Source of the DNA: an uncultured Nitrospira sp. | Lineage (GTDB): Bacteria > Nitrospirota > Thermodesulfovibrionia > Thermodesulfovibrionales > UBA6898 | Length of the DNA: 64,000 nucleotides | Direction: 5' to 3' | NCBI GenBank assembly: GCA_963746295.1 | Contig: CAVVAQ010000008.1 | Span: 42,882-106,881 of the forward strand | Part shown: piece after piece, positions 47,191 through 57,407 of the stretch | Layout of the letters: each line of letters opens with the position of its first letter | Position numbering within the stretch: position 1 is the stretch's first letter | Translations under genes and position numbers: made by a program | Notes under the pieces: model-generated | The model's input: only the letters and a program-made list of their open reading frames with translations | Database searches by the model: none | What the model was told of the DNA's origin: nothing

Positions 47191-47578
47191 ATGACAGAAC
47201 GTAATTTCAGGTTCATATTAGGGATCTCCCTTATGGTATTTCTCTATTTTCAGCTTGATACCCTCATATATTTCTATATCGGACTGCTGATTTTCGAGGG
47301 TGTTACCAACTTGCGCATACCCATTTTGATCTCCCGCCTCAGATTCGGGAAAGACTATCCGGAACATACAGCAGAAAAAACCTCTGCATGCAGGTTCACC
47401 TTTGAGGCTGAGCGCGGATTTCGGTTTGTCATCGCAGTCACATTGATAGTCACGTTTCTGTTTTTTAACCAGACCGTTGTGGTTTGTACCCTGGCTGGTT
47501 GCATTCGGACTTACCATGGCCGGGATTACCGGAATCTGTCCGATCGCAATTTCGCTCCGCTGGCTGGGCTTCAGATAA
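47191..47578 (+). CDS. DUF2892 (YgaP-like) membrane protein, frameshift near 47480
   Basis: The N-terminal helices come from ORF 47191... The characteristic C-terminus VPWLVAFGLTMAGITGICPIAISLRWLGFR is readable in another frame, ending at TAA 47576-47578. Confidence 0.6.
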
Positions 47579-47700
47579 TGAAGAAAAAGGCCGGCGTATC
47601 AGATGACTGGATAAGAAACTGGCAGGCCAGCATTGCAGTGAAGATCACTGCCGCGGTGTTGTACGCGATTGTGATGCTCGGATTCACCATCACCGTCCTT
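47578..47700 (+). pseudogene. 5' fragment (TM1) of the HAMP-PAS-GGDEF-EAL gene, cut off by the IS insertion
   Basis: The ATG overlaps the preceding TAA (TAATG). MKKKAGVSDDWIRNWQASIAVKITAAVLYAIVMLGFTITVL runs straight into the IS left end at 47701. Confidence 0.7.
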
Positions 47701-49009
47701 TCCAGTTGCGTCATAGTAAAATGTTACCGAAGGATCGTTGTCCCGGTGTTAATTTTGATAGCATAGCTCAAAGATCTTTTTGAGTTTCTTCTCCATGGCC
47801 TTTCTCAGATGAAAAGGGTTAAGAGTTGCAAACAGATCAGAGAGCTTTTTCTTAACCTCAGCTTTGATATACGGTGATTCTATAATTCTCTGATAAGGCG
47901 TCTTTGGACTATCATAACGTTTAATTGTTTTGGAGGCAATTCTCTTTTTTTCTATGAGTTTCACAGATGGGCAGAAGAAGTTGTGAAAGAGTCGCCACTC
48001 TGTTTTGTAAAGCTCATTGAGTAGCGGAACTATCTCTGGGTTATCGAATCTGTGATAGCCAAGCCACTGCCTTACATGGGTCCAGTTTTTCTGTTCGACA
48101 TGGGCGTTGTCATCCTTGTGGTAGGCCCTGCTTCGGGTAAACTGCACAGGATGTTTCCTCTCAGTAAAGTGTCTCAGAAGATGATAGTTGAGGAACTCAG
48201 AGCCGTTATCGCTATCAAACCCCAGCAGGAGAAAAGGCAATGATGCCTCGATATCTTTGATCTGCTCCATTACTGCTGTTTCTCCTTTGCCCCAGACCGC
48301 CCTCTGCTCTGTCCAGCCAGTGGCTATATCTACACAGTCGATAGTAAAGGCAAACATGCCTGCCATGGATGTGCCGCAATGAGCAACAGTATCAGCCTCC
48401 AGAAATCCTGGCTGGCTCTCATCCCACTGGTTTGTCTTTATCGGTATTTGTTTCCTTAATAGCGTTCCGGGTTTTGTTGTGGACTTGCCGCGTCCTTTGT
48501 ACTTTACTCTGACAGGTTTCAACAGCCTGTCAATGCTTGACGGGGAGATCCTCTGGAGGGCTTTAATCACTTCTTCTGTAAGATCGCCATACTGCTGTGC
48601 ATATCCGGGCAACCAAAGCGGTAATACTGCCTTGAGCCGCTTGGAACACGGTAGGTTTGCCGCCAGCCATATCCGCTTGATAGGGACAAGGATTTCCTCT
48701 GTCTGGTATACCGGAACTCTGCCTTTCTTTTTCTGCTTGGGCTTGATAAATCGTCTGAACTTCTTCAGCAGTCGTATGGCATGTTTTCGATGGTATCCGC
48801 AGGCAGAACAGAATTCGTCCAGTATAAGCTTCTTCTGCTTACGGGTACCTGCCTTGTACCTTTGATAAATTGCCTCAAGATACTCTCGCTTCGATCGTGA
48901 ACTCATTAAAACTGCCCCTTTCAATGCATGTCTTTTCGGTAACATGCATTATGAGTCAACGATCCTCTTTGTTTACTCCTTTCGGTAACATTTTTTGTGA
49001 GTCAATTCG
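47701..49009 (-). mobile_element. IS element copy 1 (1309 bp), imperfect ~31-bp terminal inverted repeats, 3-bp target duplication CTT
   Basis: Identical to 59001..60309 as far as I can compare by eye. All ORF translations are identical. Left end is TCCAGTTGCGTCATAGTAAAATGTTACCGAAGG. The reverse complement of the right end is CGAATTGACTCACAAAAAATGTTACCGAAAGG. CTT flanks both ends (47698-47700 and 49010-49012). Confidence 0.9.
47749..48945 (-). CDS. DDE (integrase-core/rve-type) transposase, family not assigned
   Basis: 398 aa. The N-terminal region is basic and HTH-like. Candidate catalytic residues are FLEADTV, GFDSDNGSEF and DDNAHVEQKNW (D..D..~35..E). The ORF is intact in both copies. Confidence 0.9.
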   Translation of the reverse strand: MLPKRHALKGAVLMSSRSKREYLEAIYQRYKAGTRKQKKLILDEFCSACGYHRKHAIRLLKKFRRFIKPKQKKKGRVPVYQTEEILVPIKRIWLAANLPCSKRLKAVLPLWLPGYAQQYGDLTEEVIKALQRISPSSIDRLLKPVRVKYKGRGKSTTKPGTLLRKQIPIKTNQWDESQPGFLEADTVAHCGTSMAGMFAFTIDCVDIATGWTEQRAVWGKGETAVMEQIKDIEASLPFLLLGFDSDNGSEFLNYHLLRHFTERKHPVQFTRSRAYHKDDNAHVEQKNWTHVRQWLGYHRFDNPEIVPLLNELYKTEWRLFHNFFCPSVKLIEKKRIASKTIKRYDSPKTPYQRIIESPYIKAEVKKKLSDLFATLNPFHLRKAMEKKLKKIFELCYQN

Positions 49010-49012
49010 CTT

Positions 49013-51313
49013 TCATTGCATACGGTTGAAAAAAATCTTCAGGAAGACTATGCTGCAAACGCCGACCGGATCGCCTATCAACTCGGGGCTATTTCCGATA
49101 AAAACCATACTTTTTCACCAAGTGAATTAGAAATAAGAGCACGTCAGCTTTTGGAGGACTTTTCGTTGCGCGCCATAGATATCGCTATCGGTAGGCAGAG
49201 CATCTCGCTTGGCCAACAGTCCCCGGACCTCTATGTCCTTGAGAGACTGATAAACGCACCTCCCATTCATTCGGAAGATCAGGCAATCAGGCTGAAGATC
49301 TATTACCCTCCGCTTGAGGAAACCGTAACTCAAATCAGACGCAGATGGTTTATCATTACGGGAATCGTAACCCTCCTTTCCGGATTTTTCCTTGTCTGGG
49401 TCATCAGGATATTCATTACCCGGCCCTTTTCAACACTGATTGAGGCAACAAAATCCGTTTCTGCAGGGAATATTGATACGAGAATTGAGGTAAACAGAAA
49501 AGATGAATTCGGCTATCTTTCCCTCTTCTTTAACCAGATGATGGACAAAATTCTCAGTGAACTTACCGTGCGCAAGCAGGCAGAGGCGTCCCTGAAGGAA
49601 CGGGAGGAGCGCCTCATGACAGTAATGGATTCCGTGCAGACCGGCATTTTAATAATAGACGCTGAAACATTCAGGATTGATTACGTGAACCCTGCCGCGG
49701 TGGACATGATAGGGTTGCCGCGTCAGGAGATTATCGGCTCTATCTGTCGTGACTTCATCTGCATAAGTGACGGGAAATGCCCTGTAGTTGATTGCGGCGA
49801 AAAAGTCGACCGAAAAGACTGTGTTTTGAAGAAACAAAACGGGGAGAAACTGCCTATCCTGAAAAGCGTTACAACAATAACCCTCAATGGCAGACCTCAC
49901 ATCATTGAAAGCGTAATCGACATTACTGAGCGAAAGCGGGCGGAGGAGCAGATCATGCATATGGCCTATTATGACCACCTGACTCAGCTGCCGAACCGCT
50001 TTTTATTCACGGACCGTTTATATCAGGCGATTTTGAATGCCAAGCGTCACAGGGGGAAGGCAGCCATCCTCTTTCTTGATCTCGACAACTTCAAGCGGAT
50101 AAATGACACCCTCGGCCACAGGATCGGGGACCTCGTTCTGACCGAAGTTGCCAGAAGACTTACCGCAAGCACCCGCAGGACAGATACGGTAACCCATGAA
50201 GCGCCCCATGAGTCTGATATTACGATCGCCCGTCTGGGGGGCGATGAATTCACGATCCTCCTTTCCGAGATAAAGGACCCCCTGCCGGATGTCACCAGGT
50301 TCGTGACCCGGATTTTTGGTGTATTATCAAAACCGTTTCTGCTCGAAGGACATGAGGTTTTTATCACCGCGAGTATCGGAATTGCGATCTATCCCTACGA
50401 TGGAGAAAACAGCGAGGACCTGCTGAAGAACGCTGACATCGCCATGTATCACGCCAAGGAACACGGCAAGAACAATTATCAGTTGTATGGACAACATATG
50501 AATTCAGCCGCGCTCGAAAAGCTGAAAATGGAAGGAGAACTTCGAAAGGCGCTGGAACTCAATGAATTTACCCTTGCCTATCAGCCGCAGATCGACATAC
50601 GCACCGGGCAACTGGTCGGCATAGAGGCACTTGCGCGATGGCACCATCCCGGTAAGGGAATGATTCCCCCTGACGAATTTATTTCCCTGGCCGAGGAAAC
50701 AGGCCTTATCCTCCTGCTCGGCGAATGGATATTGCGCACCGCATGTATTCAAAATAAGCTCTGGCAGTCTCAGGAGCTATTTCACATTCCCGTTTCAGTA
50801 AATGTCTCAAGCCATCAGTTCAAGCAGGAGAGCTTCATGAAAATAGTGCAGCAGACACTGGAAATGTCCGGACTGGACCCGCGATATCTGATACTTGAAA
50901 TCACGGAAAGCGCCATCATGCATCATGCAGAAGAAGTAATCGACAAGCTTTACAAGTTAAAGGAAATGGGGGTAAATCTTTCGATTGATGATTTCGGCAC
51001 AGGGTATTCATCGTTGAGTTATCTGAAACGTTTTCCGATACATGCGGTAAAAATAGACCGTTCGTTTATCAAGGAAATAAATATCGATCCCGATGACGCT
51101 GCCATAGTAAAGGCGATCACCGCAATGGCTCACAGCTTAAACCTGAAGGTAATAGCGGAGGGGGTAGAGACGGAAGAACAACTGCGATTTCTCTCCGAGC
51201 AGGAATGCGACGAAGCCCAGGGATATTTCATCGGTTACCCTTTGTCTTCAGACGAGTTTTCACAGTTTTTGGAAGGAGACAAGCTCGGGGATTTGGCCAG
51301 AAAACCGACTTAG
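49013..51313 (+). pseudogene. 3' part of the IS-interrupted sensor diguanylate cyclase/phosphodiesterase (periplasmic domain-TM2-HAMP-PAS-GGDEF-EAL)
   Basis: HAMP region (FITRPFSTLIEATKSVSAGNID), PAS, GGDEF (RLGGDEFTILL) and EAL (EITESAIM...DDFGTGYSSLSYL). After removing the IS and one CTT copy, the frame is continuous with 47578..47700 (…TVL-SLHTVEKNLQ…). Confidence 0.85.
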
Positions 51314-51384
51314 TGGAGAAAAAAGAAGTTCGCCGCAGTCCATAGAGATTCAACAGAATATCGCCTCAGAAGAAACAAAGACTT

Positions 51385-51924
51385 CTATTTGAATGCCTGT
51401 TCGTCCATGACTTGCTCGCTGTGGCAGTCAGGGCATGCATGCCTGTTGGGCGTAAAGTCATGAAGGGCGCCTGCATGACAACTGCTGCAATCTGTCTTGA
51501 GCATGAACAGATGTCTGGAATGCCGGTAAGAATTGCGCAGCCTAAATGTCCCATCCACTTCTTCCGTAAGATGGCATGTCCTGCATGCCTGCCAGGGAGA
51601 AATACGGCCATGGTTCTGATCTGAGGATTCTGTTTCGTTCCCTTGTACCACAAAGGAGATAAGCATCCTGTTCTGTTCAATCAGGCTCATTTTATGGCAT
51701 TCCTGGCAGATGACATCCCTGTGTTTGCTCATTTGCCAGGTGCTGAAAGCCTCTTGCATGCTGTGACAGGACTTGCAGAAATCAGGGTCTTGACGTGTAT
51801 ACTGATAATGTCTGAATCCAACCAACCACCCCGTTATTGCGATAAGCAGGAGCAATAGTACGATAGCGGTCTGATTTTCCTCAATATAACTTTCCCAGTA
51901 TGAAGACCATGATCTTTTAGCCAT
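51385..51924 (-). CDS. Membrane-anchored pentahaem cytochrome c, NapC/NirT-like N-terminal part
   Basis: One N-terminal TM helix. Five CXXCH motifs: CKSCH, CQECH, CRTCH, CSSCH, CPDCH. FCKSCHSM...W..SKH...ICQECH resembles the NapC/NirT pattern. Confidence 0.8.
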   Translation of the reverse strand: MAKRSWSSYWESYIEENQTAIVLLLLLIAITGWLVGFRHYQYTRQDPDFCKSCHSMQEAFSTWQMSKHRDVICQECHKMSLIEQNRMLISFVVQGNETESSDQNHGRISPWQACRTCHLTEEVDGTFRLRNSYRHSRHLFMLKTDCSSCHAGALHDFTPNRHACPDCHSEQVMDEQAFK

Positions 51925-52030
51925 TTCTTGTCCACAGACATCTCAAAGTAGCGAATGTCCCCTTGTGAGGAGACGTTCCAACGCCCTCCCTTGTTAAATA
52001 AAAAATCCGAGCCTGAACTTTCTCCAGGCG

Positions 52031-54682
52031 TCAAACCGGTTCTTTGAGCACCGTATGGATAACTTCACTGAGTTCTTCAACTTCGTAAGGCTTCGGAAGA
52101 ACTCCTTTAAATCCATAGCTCCTGTAGTTCGCCATCACGGGGTCTTCAGAGTATCCGCTTGATACAATAGCCTTCACGCCGGCATCAATTGCGAGAAGCC
52201 TCTTGATAGTCTCTTTGCCACCCCCCTCCCCCGGGATGGTCAAATCAAGGATTACGATGTCGAACTTTTGTCCTGACTTCATAGCCTGTTCGTATAACCT
52301 GATGGTTTCAGAGCCGTCTTTTGCAAAGGTTATCTCATAGCCTATTCTCTTGAACATAATACCGGCAATCTGCTCGATCACTTCTTCATCGTCCATGATT
52401 AATACTCTCCCTGTGCCGGTAATAATCCTTCGTTCCTCTTTATGCATCTCAGTTTCTTCAGTCGCCGACGCCGGAAGGTATATCGTAAATGTCGTGCCCT
52501 CCCCTACCATGGAATCAACAGCGATATGTCCCTCATGGTTCTTTACAATAACGTAACAGAGCGCGAGGCCGAGCCCCATCCCCTTTTTTACGCCCATCTG
52601 TTTTGTGGAGAAATAGGGGTCGAATATCCTGTTCAAGATCTCCTCCGGGATGCCGGGTCCCTCATCGCAGATTGATATCTTCACATATTCTCCTGCCCTC
52701 AAAGGCAGATTGTCATTTTCTCCGACCATGCTGTTTTCGACATGGATTGTGAGGTTCCCTCCATCCTGCATGGCTTCCTTGGCGTTAAGGGCCAAATTAT
52801 GGATCACCTGGGTTATCTGGGTCTTGTCCATCTCGACAGGCAAAAGATTTTCCTCGATAAATAATTTGTATTTAATATTGGAGCCGCTCATGACAAACTT
52901 GATCGTTTTCCTGAGCAGCTCTGCGACAGATCCTATCTCCCTTACCGGAGCATCTTCCCTTGCGAAGGAAAGCAGCTGGTGAGTCAGGTCCTTTGCGTTT
53001 CTCGATGCTCTCTGGGCGATTGTCAGCAGCTCATTGATATCTTCTTCGGGGGGCACCATGTCTTTTACCGTTGAGATACTGCTCATAATCGCGGTGAGGA
53101 GATTGTTGAAATCATGGGCGATCCCCCCGGCCAGAACACCGATTGATTCGATCCTGCTTGCCTTGAGAATTTCCTTTTCCATTTTCTTGCGCCTTCTGAT
53201 ATCCTTCGTAATGGAGGCGCAGCCTGTAATATTGTGATTTATGTTATACAAAGGGACTGCCGTAATTTCCACCGGAAACCGGGTCCCGTCTTTCGAAATT
53301 CTTATCGATTCGTATGTTGGAATATTCTCCTGCTTGTTCAGGAAATTAAAACAATGAGAGATTTCCGTTTCATATTCCCTGGGGACAATCAGCCTGACGT
53401 CCTTTCCAAGAATTTCTTCCGATGTATAACCGAACATTCTTTCTGCGCCTTCATTCCAGAACACAATCCTGTTTTCAGGATCTATAGCACAAACAGCATC
53501 AGGCATATTGCGGACGATCGAGGCGAGGAAGTTAATCTCTCTCTCTGTTCGTTTCCGCTCTGTAATGTCAATGACGACGCCGACCAGCCCCGCTATCGTG
53601 CCGTCAAGGTCAGAAAATGTTGCCTTATTGATAATCACATCACGTATTTTCCCGTCGGCATAGAGGAGTGCTGTCTCATGGACCTGAACACCCGGCTCGT
53701 GAACCAATTCCTGATCCTTCTCGTTCAAATTCTCGGCATGATCCTCCGGGAACAGGTCAAACGCAGATTCGCCGATAATCGTTTCTTTGGGTCGTCCATG
53801 CAATTCCTCAAAGCTCTTGTTGCAGCCGAGATAGATGCCGTTCGTGTCCTTGTAATATATGGGATTCGGGATTGCATCGATTAATTTCTGAATAAAGTCA
53901 AGATGCTTCTGGAGGGCTTCTCCCGTCTTTTTCAGGTCGGTAATGTCCCTCGCGATCTCGACTACCGATTCAATATTGTCATCCCGGTCAATAACAGGAT
54001 ACCAGAGCTGCTCCAGCCAGCTTTCCTTTTCTCCTGTAATTTCATGTTTGATGTATGTCCGTGATGACTTCATTTCCATTGCTTCATCCATCTTGCACCC
54101 TTCACAGGCTGCATCACGGCCGATAATCGCCTCGAAACAGGGGCGACCTTTTAGTTTGCCGCCCGACACGCCTCCAACTGTCTCTGTCTTCTTATTCGCA
54201 TAGATGATCTTCTTTTCCTTGTCAGTGATGATAATTGCATCCGGGCTGTTATCATAGAGGAGACGGAGTTTTTCACGCTCCAGTTCGAGCGCCTTCTCGG
54301 CTTCCTTACGGGAGGTAATATCCACAACGGTTTCAATGTATTGAGCAACATTGCCGTCCGCGTCAAAAATCGGATACCCGTGAACTTCAACATTCTTCAG
54401 AACACCCTGCCCATCGTAGTGCCTGTGTTCCACGATGACCGGCTTTTTCGTATTGAGAACCTCCTTGAGCGGACAAGGATGCTCTCTGCTGTCACAGGGA
54501 GTATTGCTATGATGAGTTAATAAATGACAGGTGAGCCCCTCTGGAATTTTTCCTTTATAAGCCATCTTGTTCGCAATTTTTATTGTGTAATCAAGCACAT
54601 CGATGACATAGAAGGGATTGGGGATCGAATCGATGATCTCTCTGAAAAATATATTCTGTTTCTGGATTTCGAGATTTATCAT
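52031..54682 (-). CDS. Multi-PAS hybrid histidine kinase with C-terminal receiver
   Basis: Four to five PAS units, H-box GGIAHDFNNLL, an HATPase domain (DEGPGI, GMGLGLALCY) and a receiver (VLIMDDE...DIVILDLTIPG). Confidence 0.9.
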   Translation of the reverse strand: MINLEIQKQNIFFREIIDSIPNPFYVIDVLDYTIKIANKMAYKGKIPEGLTCHLLTHHSNTPCDSREHPCPLKEVLNTKKPVIVEHRHYDGQGVLKNVEVHGYPIFDADGNVAQYIETVVDITSRKEAEKALELEREKLRLLYDNSPDAIIITDKEKKIIYANKKTETVGGVSGGKLKGRPCFEAIIGRDAACEGCKMDEAMEMKSSRTYIKHEITGEKESWLEQLWYPVIDRDDNIESVVEIARDITDLKKTGEALQKHLDFIQKLIDAIPNPIYYKDTNGIYLGCNKSFEELHGRPKETIIGESAFDLFPEDHAENLNEKDQELVHEPGVQVHETALLYADGKIRDVIINKATFSDLDGTIAGLVGVVIDITERKRTEREINFLASIVRNMPDAVCAIDPENRIVFWNEGAERMFGYTSEEILGKDVRLIVPREYETEISHCFNFLNKQENIPTYESIRISKDGTRFPVEITAVPLYNINHNITGCASITKDIRRRKKMEKEILKASRIESIGVLAGGIAHDFNNLLTAIMSSISTVKDMVPPEEDINELLTIAQRASRNAKDLTHQLLSFAREDAPVREIGSVAELLRKTIKFVMSGSNIKYKLFIEENLLPVEMDKTQITQVIHNLALNAKEAMQDGGNLTIHVENSMVGENDNLPLRAGEYVKISICDEGPGIPEEILNRIFDPYFSTKQMGVKKGMGLGLALCYVIVKNHEGHIAVDSMVGEGTTFTIYLPASATEETEMHKEERRIITGTGRVLIMDDEEVIEQIAGIMFKRIGYEITFAKDGSETIRLYEQAMKSGQKFDIVILDLTIPGEGGGKETIKRLLAIDAGVKAIVSSGYSEDPVMANYRSYGFKGVLPKPYEVEELSEVIHTVLKEPV

Positions 54683-55094
54683 AGTATCTTACTGTCCATC
54701 ACCATATTCCTTTAGGAAGTATGGAAAAACCTTTCTAGTCATAGTTATTCATTACTACAGCTATGCAATTTCTATGCTAAGGAAGCAAGAAATAACATAA
54801 ACGCAAAACTCAAGCCCACTTCAATAAGTTTTAATACATCAGGTCTGTTTATTTCGATATATTCCAGCTAGGAAAACCATTGCCGACGAAAATGAAACAC
54901 CTTCTAAACACATAGTATGAGGACGGCAATTGCTTTGAAAGTTGTTAAATAACCAAGCCTTTTGGTAATATCACCATATTTTATACTATTCGTTCAATCG
55001 TCTTAGGTTTAACGAAAACCTCCGCAGGGTCGGACACCCCATTTCGCTGTGGTTTTCAGGCGTTTGCCCACTATTTGCATCATGGGAGACGGCT

Positions 55095-56012
55095 TTATTT
55101 TTTCTCCTGGTCCTGGCCGCTTTTCTGCTGCCCGGGAACAGCAGGAGGGATTTCCTGCTTTTCAGCTCCTGCAGAAGGTTTTGCTAAAGCCTCTTTGCTG
55201 ATTTCCACCTTATAATTTTTTCGAAGTTCTGCAACGTATTGATCAAAAGCCTCTTTCTGCTTTTCTCCTGAAAGTTTCTGTGAAATCATGTCCTTGATCT
55301 TTTCGAATTCAATAACAGAGCCCTTCTTCCTGTCTGTCACCTTAATAATATGATAGCCATATTGGGTCTGGACAGGAACACTGATGTCGCCGATCTTCAG
55401 ACTTGCCGCAGCCTTTTCAAACTCCGGCACCATCTGGCCCTTCGAAAAGTAGCCGAGGTCTCCGCTGTTTTTAGCGGACCCGGGATCCATTGAGACCGCC
55501 TTTGCGATATCTCCGAATTTTTCACCCTTCTGAAGCCTCTCACGCACTTTTTCCGCTTCAGCTTCCGTCTTGACCAGTATATGACTCGCCTTTATCTGTG
55601 TTGTCGGGGTAAATTCCTCTTTGTTCTTGTCATAATAATCCTTCACTTCCTGTTCAGAGATCTTCGCCTTTGCCATAATCTCTTTTTCGAAAAGCTCTGT
55701 AACAAGCGTTAATTTCCTGAATTCCTCCAGTTTCTTCTGAAAATCCGGTGTTTTGTCCAGCCCCTTCTTGACGGCCTCCTGGTACAGCATCTCTTTATTG
55801 ATAATCTCATTGAGGAACTTTTCCTTGCCCTGCTCTCCGGCAAAAAGCTGTTGCGCGTATTCAGGAAGTGTCTGGAATTCTCTGTCATAATCAGACTGCG
55901 TCACCGTAGTATTGCCGACCTTTGCAAGAAAAGGCCCTTTCTGTTCCGCCCCCTTTTTGGAACAGGAAATCAATGCCACCAGGAAAATCAAAGCAATTGC
56001 TGTTTTTTTCAT
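55095..56012 (-). CDS. Parvulin-type peptidyl-prolyl isomerase lipoprotein (PrsA/SurA-like)
   Basis: Lipobox LISC. The PpiC domain reads IKASHILVKTEAEAE...GDLGYFSKGQMVPEFE...YGYHIIKV. Confidence 0.85.
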   Translation of the reverse strand: MKKTAIALIFLVALISCSKKGAEQKGPFLAKVGNTTVTQSDYDREFQTLPEYAQQLFAGEQGKEKFLNEIINKEMLYQEAVKKGLDKTPDFQKKLEEFRKLTLVTELFEKEIMAKAKISEQEVKDYYDKNKEEFTPTTQIKASHILVKTEAEAEKVRERLQKGEKFGDIAKAVSMDPGSAKNSGDLGYFSKGQMVPEFEKAAASLKIGDISVPVQTQYGYHIIKVTDRKKGSVIEFEKIKDMISQKLSGEKQKEAFDQYVAELRKNYKVEISKEALAKPSAGAEKQEIPPAVPGQQKSGQDQEKK

Positions 56013-56080
56013 TACTCTCCTCCAGATTGAAATTAACCTTTGTTATATCATATATCAGCTGATAATTTACAGGTCATTTT

Positions 56081-56109
56081 TTGACAAGAAAAGTTTTTTT
56101 GTGATAAAT
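56081..56109 (+). promoter_or_regulatory. Sigma70 promoter TTGACA-N17-ATAAAT (with TGTG upstream of the -10) for hemL
   Basis: Perfect -35 at 56081-56086 and the -10 at 56104-56109. The hemL ATG is only 11 nt after the -10, and no SD is visible. Confidence 0.5.
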
Positions 56110-56120
56110 TACACATCAGA

Positions 56121-57407
56121 ATGAAAAAATTCACTACTTCCAAAAAGCTGTTTCAGAAGGCCTTCCGTATTATCCCCGGCGGAGTGAACAGCCCTGTGCG
56201 TGCCTTTAAGGCTGTCGGGGGAAATCCGCTCTTCATAGCACGGGCGAAGGGCTCTAAAATTTATGATGTCGACGGAAACTCTTATATTGATTATGTTTTG
56301 TCCTGGGGTCCGATGATACTTGGCCATGCACACCCCGGGGTTGTCAAGGCCCTGAAGAATGCTATAACAAAAGGCACCAGTTATGGTGCGCCTACAGCCC
56401 TTGAGACAGAACTGGCTGAACGCGTACTGAAGATCTACCCTTCGATGGAAAAGATACGCATGGTGAATTCAGGGACTGAGGCCACCATGAGCGCAATACG
56501 CGCTGCACGGGGGTTCACCGGAAGAGACAGCATCGTCAAATTTGAAGGCTGTTACCATGGCCACGCGGACGGGCTGCTCGTGAAGGCCGGGTCCGGAGCC
56601 GCAACCTTCGGACTGCCGGACAGTCCCGGAGTGCCGAAATCCTACGCAAAAAATACCATAACACTCCCCTACAATGACATCCCGGCGTTACAGAAGCTAA
56701 TAGAAAAGGAATGGCATTCAATTGCCTGCGTTATCATCGAACCTGTAGTGGGCAACATCGGGTGTGTATTGCCGAAGCAGGGTTTCCTTGAGACGCTCAG
56801 AAAATTGACAAAGAAGTACGGTATCGTTCTTATTTTCGATGAAGTAATGACCGGCTTCAGGGTCTCCTTCGGCGGGGCGCAGGCCTATTACGGGATCAGA
56901 CCTGACATGACCTGCCTCGGGAAGGTCATTGGAGGAGGACTGCCTGTGGGAGCCTACGGCGGCAGGAAAGAGATCATGTCCATGATCTCGCCTGAAGGTC
57001 CTGTTTACCAGGCCGGCACGCTCTCCGGGAATCCCCTGGCGATGACAGCAGGGATAGAGACAATCAAGGAACTCTCAAAACCGGGCACCTACAGCCGGAT
57101 AGAAAATAAATCTGCGATGCTGGAAGAAGGTTTGGTCGACGCCGCAAAAAGGGCCGGGGTAAAAACACGCTTCTACAGGGCGGGCAGCATGTTCTGCACC
57201 TATTTTACCGACACAGACGTCTCTGATTACAGAACGGCAAAAACCTCTGACACGGAAAAGTTTTCGAAATTTTTCAGCCGGATGCTTGAGAGAGGGATCA
57301 ATCTCGCGCCATCCCAGTTTGAAGCAGGCTTCATGTCACTCGCGCATACGGAAAAAGACATCGAAAATACGGTGAAGGCTGCTTTCGACACATTTAAAAA
57401 GCTCTAA
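56121..57407 (+). CDS. hemL: Glutamate-1-semialdehyde 2,1-aminomutase
   Basis: [12 protein letters not shown]...SWGPMILGH...DEVMTGFR...[16 protein letters not shown], 428 aa. Confidence 0.95.
   Translation: MKKFTTSKKLFQKAFRIIPGGVNSPVRAFKAVGGNPLFIARAKGSKIYDVDGNSYIDYVLSWGPMILGHAHPGVVKALKNAITKGTSYGAPTALETELAERVLKIYPSMEKIRMVNSGTEATMSAIRAARGFTGRDSIVKFEGCYHGHADGLLVKAGSGAATFGLPDSPGVPKSYAKNTITLPYNDIPALQKLIEKEWHSIACVIIEPVVGNIGCVLPKQGFLETLRKLTKKYGIVLIFDEVMTGFRVSFGGAQAYYGIRPDMTCLGKVIGGGLPVGAYGGRKEIMSMISPEGPVYQAGTLSGNPLAMTAGIETIKELSKPGTYSRIENKSAMLEEGLVDAAKRAGVKTRFYRAGSMFCTYFTDTDVSDYRTAKTSDTEKFSKFFSRMLERGINLAPSQFEAGFMSLAHTEKDIENTVKAAFDTFKKL

Noticed and set aside
54683-55094. The 412-bp AT-rich intergenic region with a GAAAACC...GGTTTTC stem, as a possible ncRNA.
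   Set aside because: It has no recognisable RNA family signature (tmRNA, RNase P, 6S motifs are absent). It is more likely the kinase promoter region plus a weak PPIase terminator.
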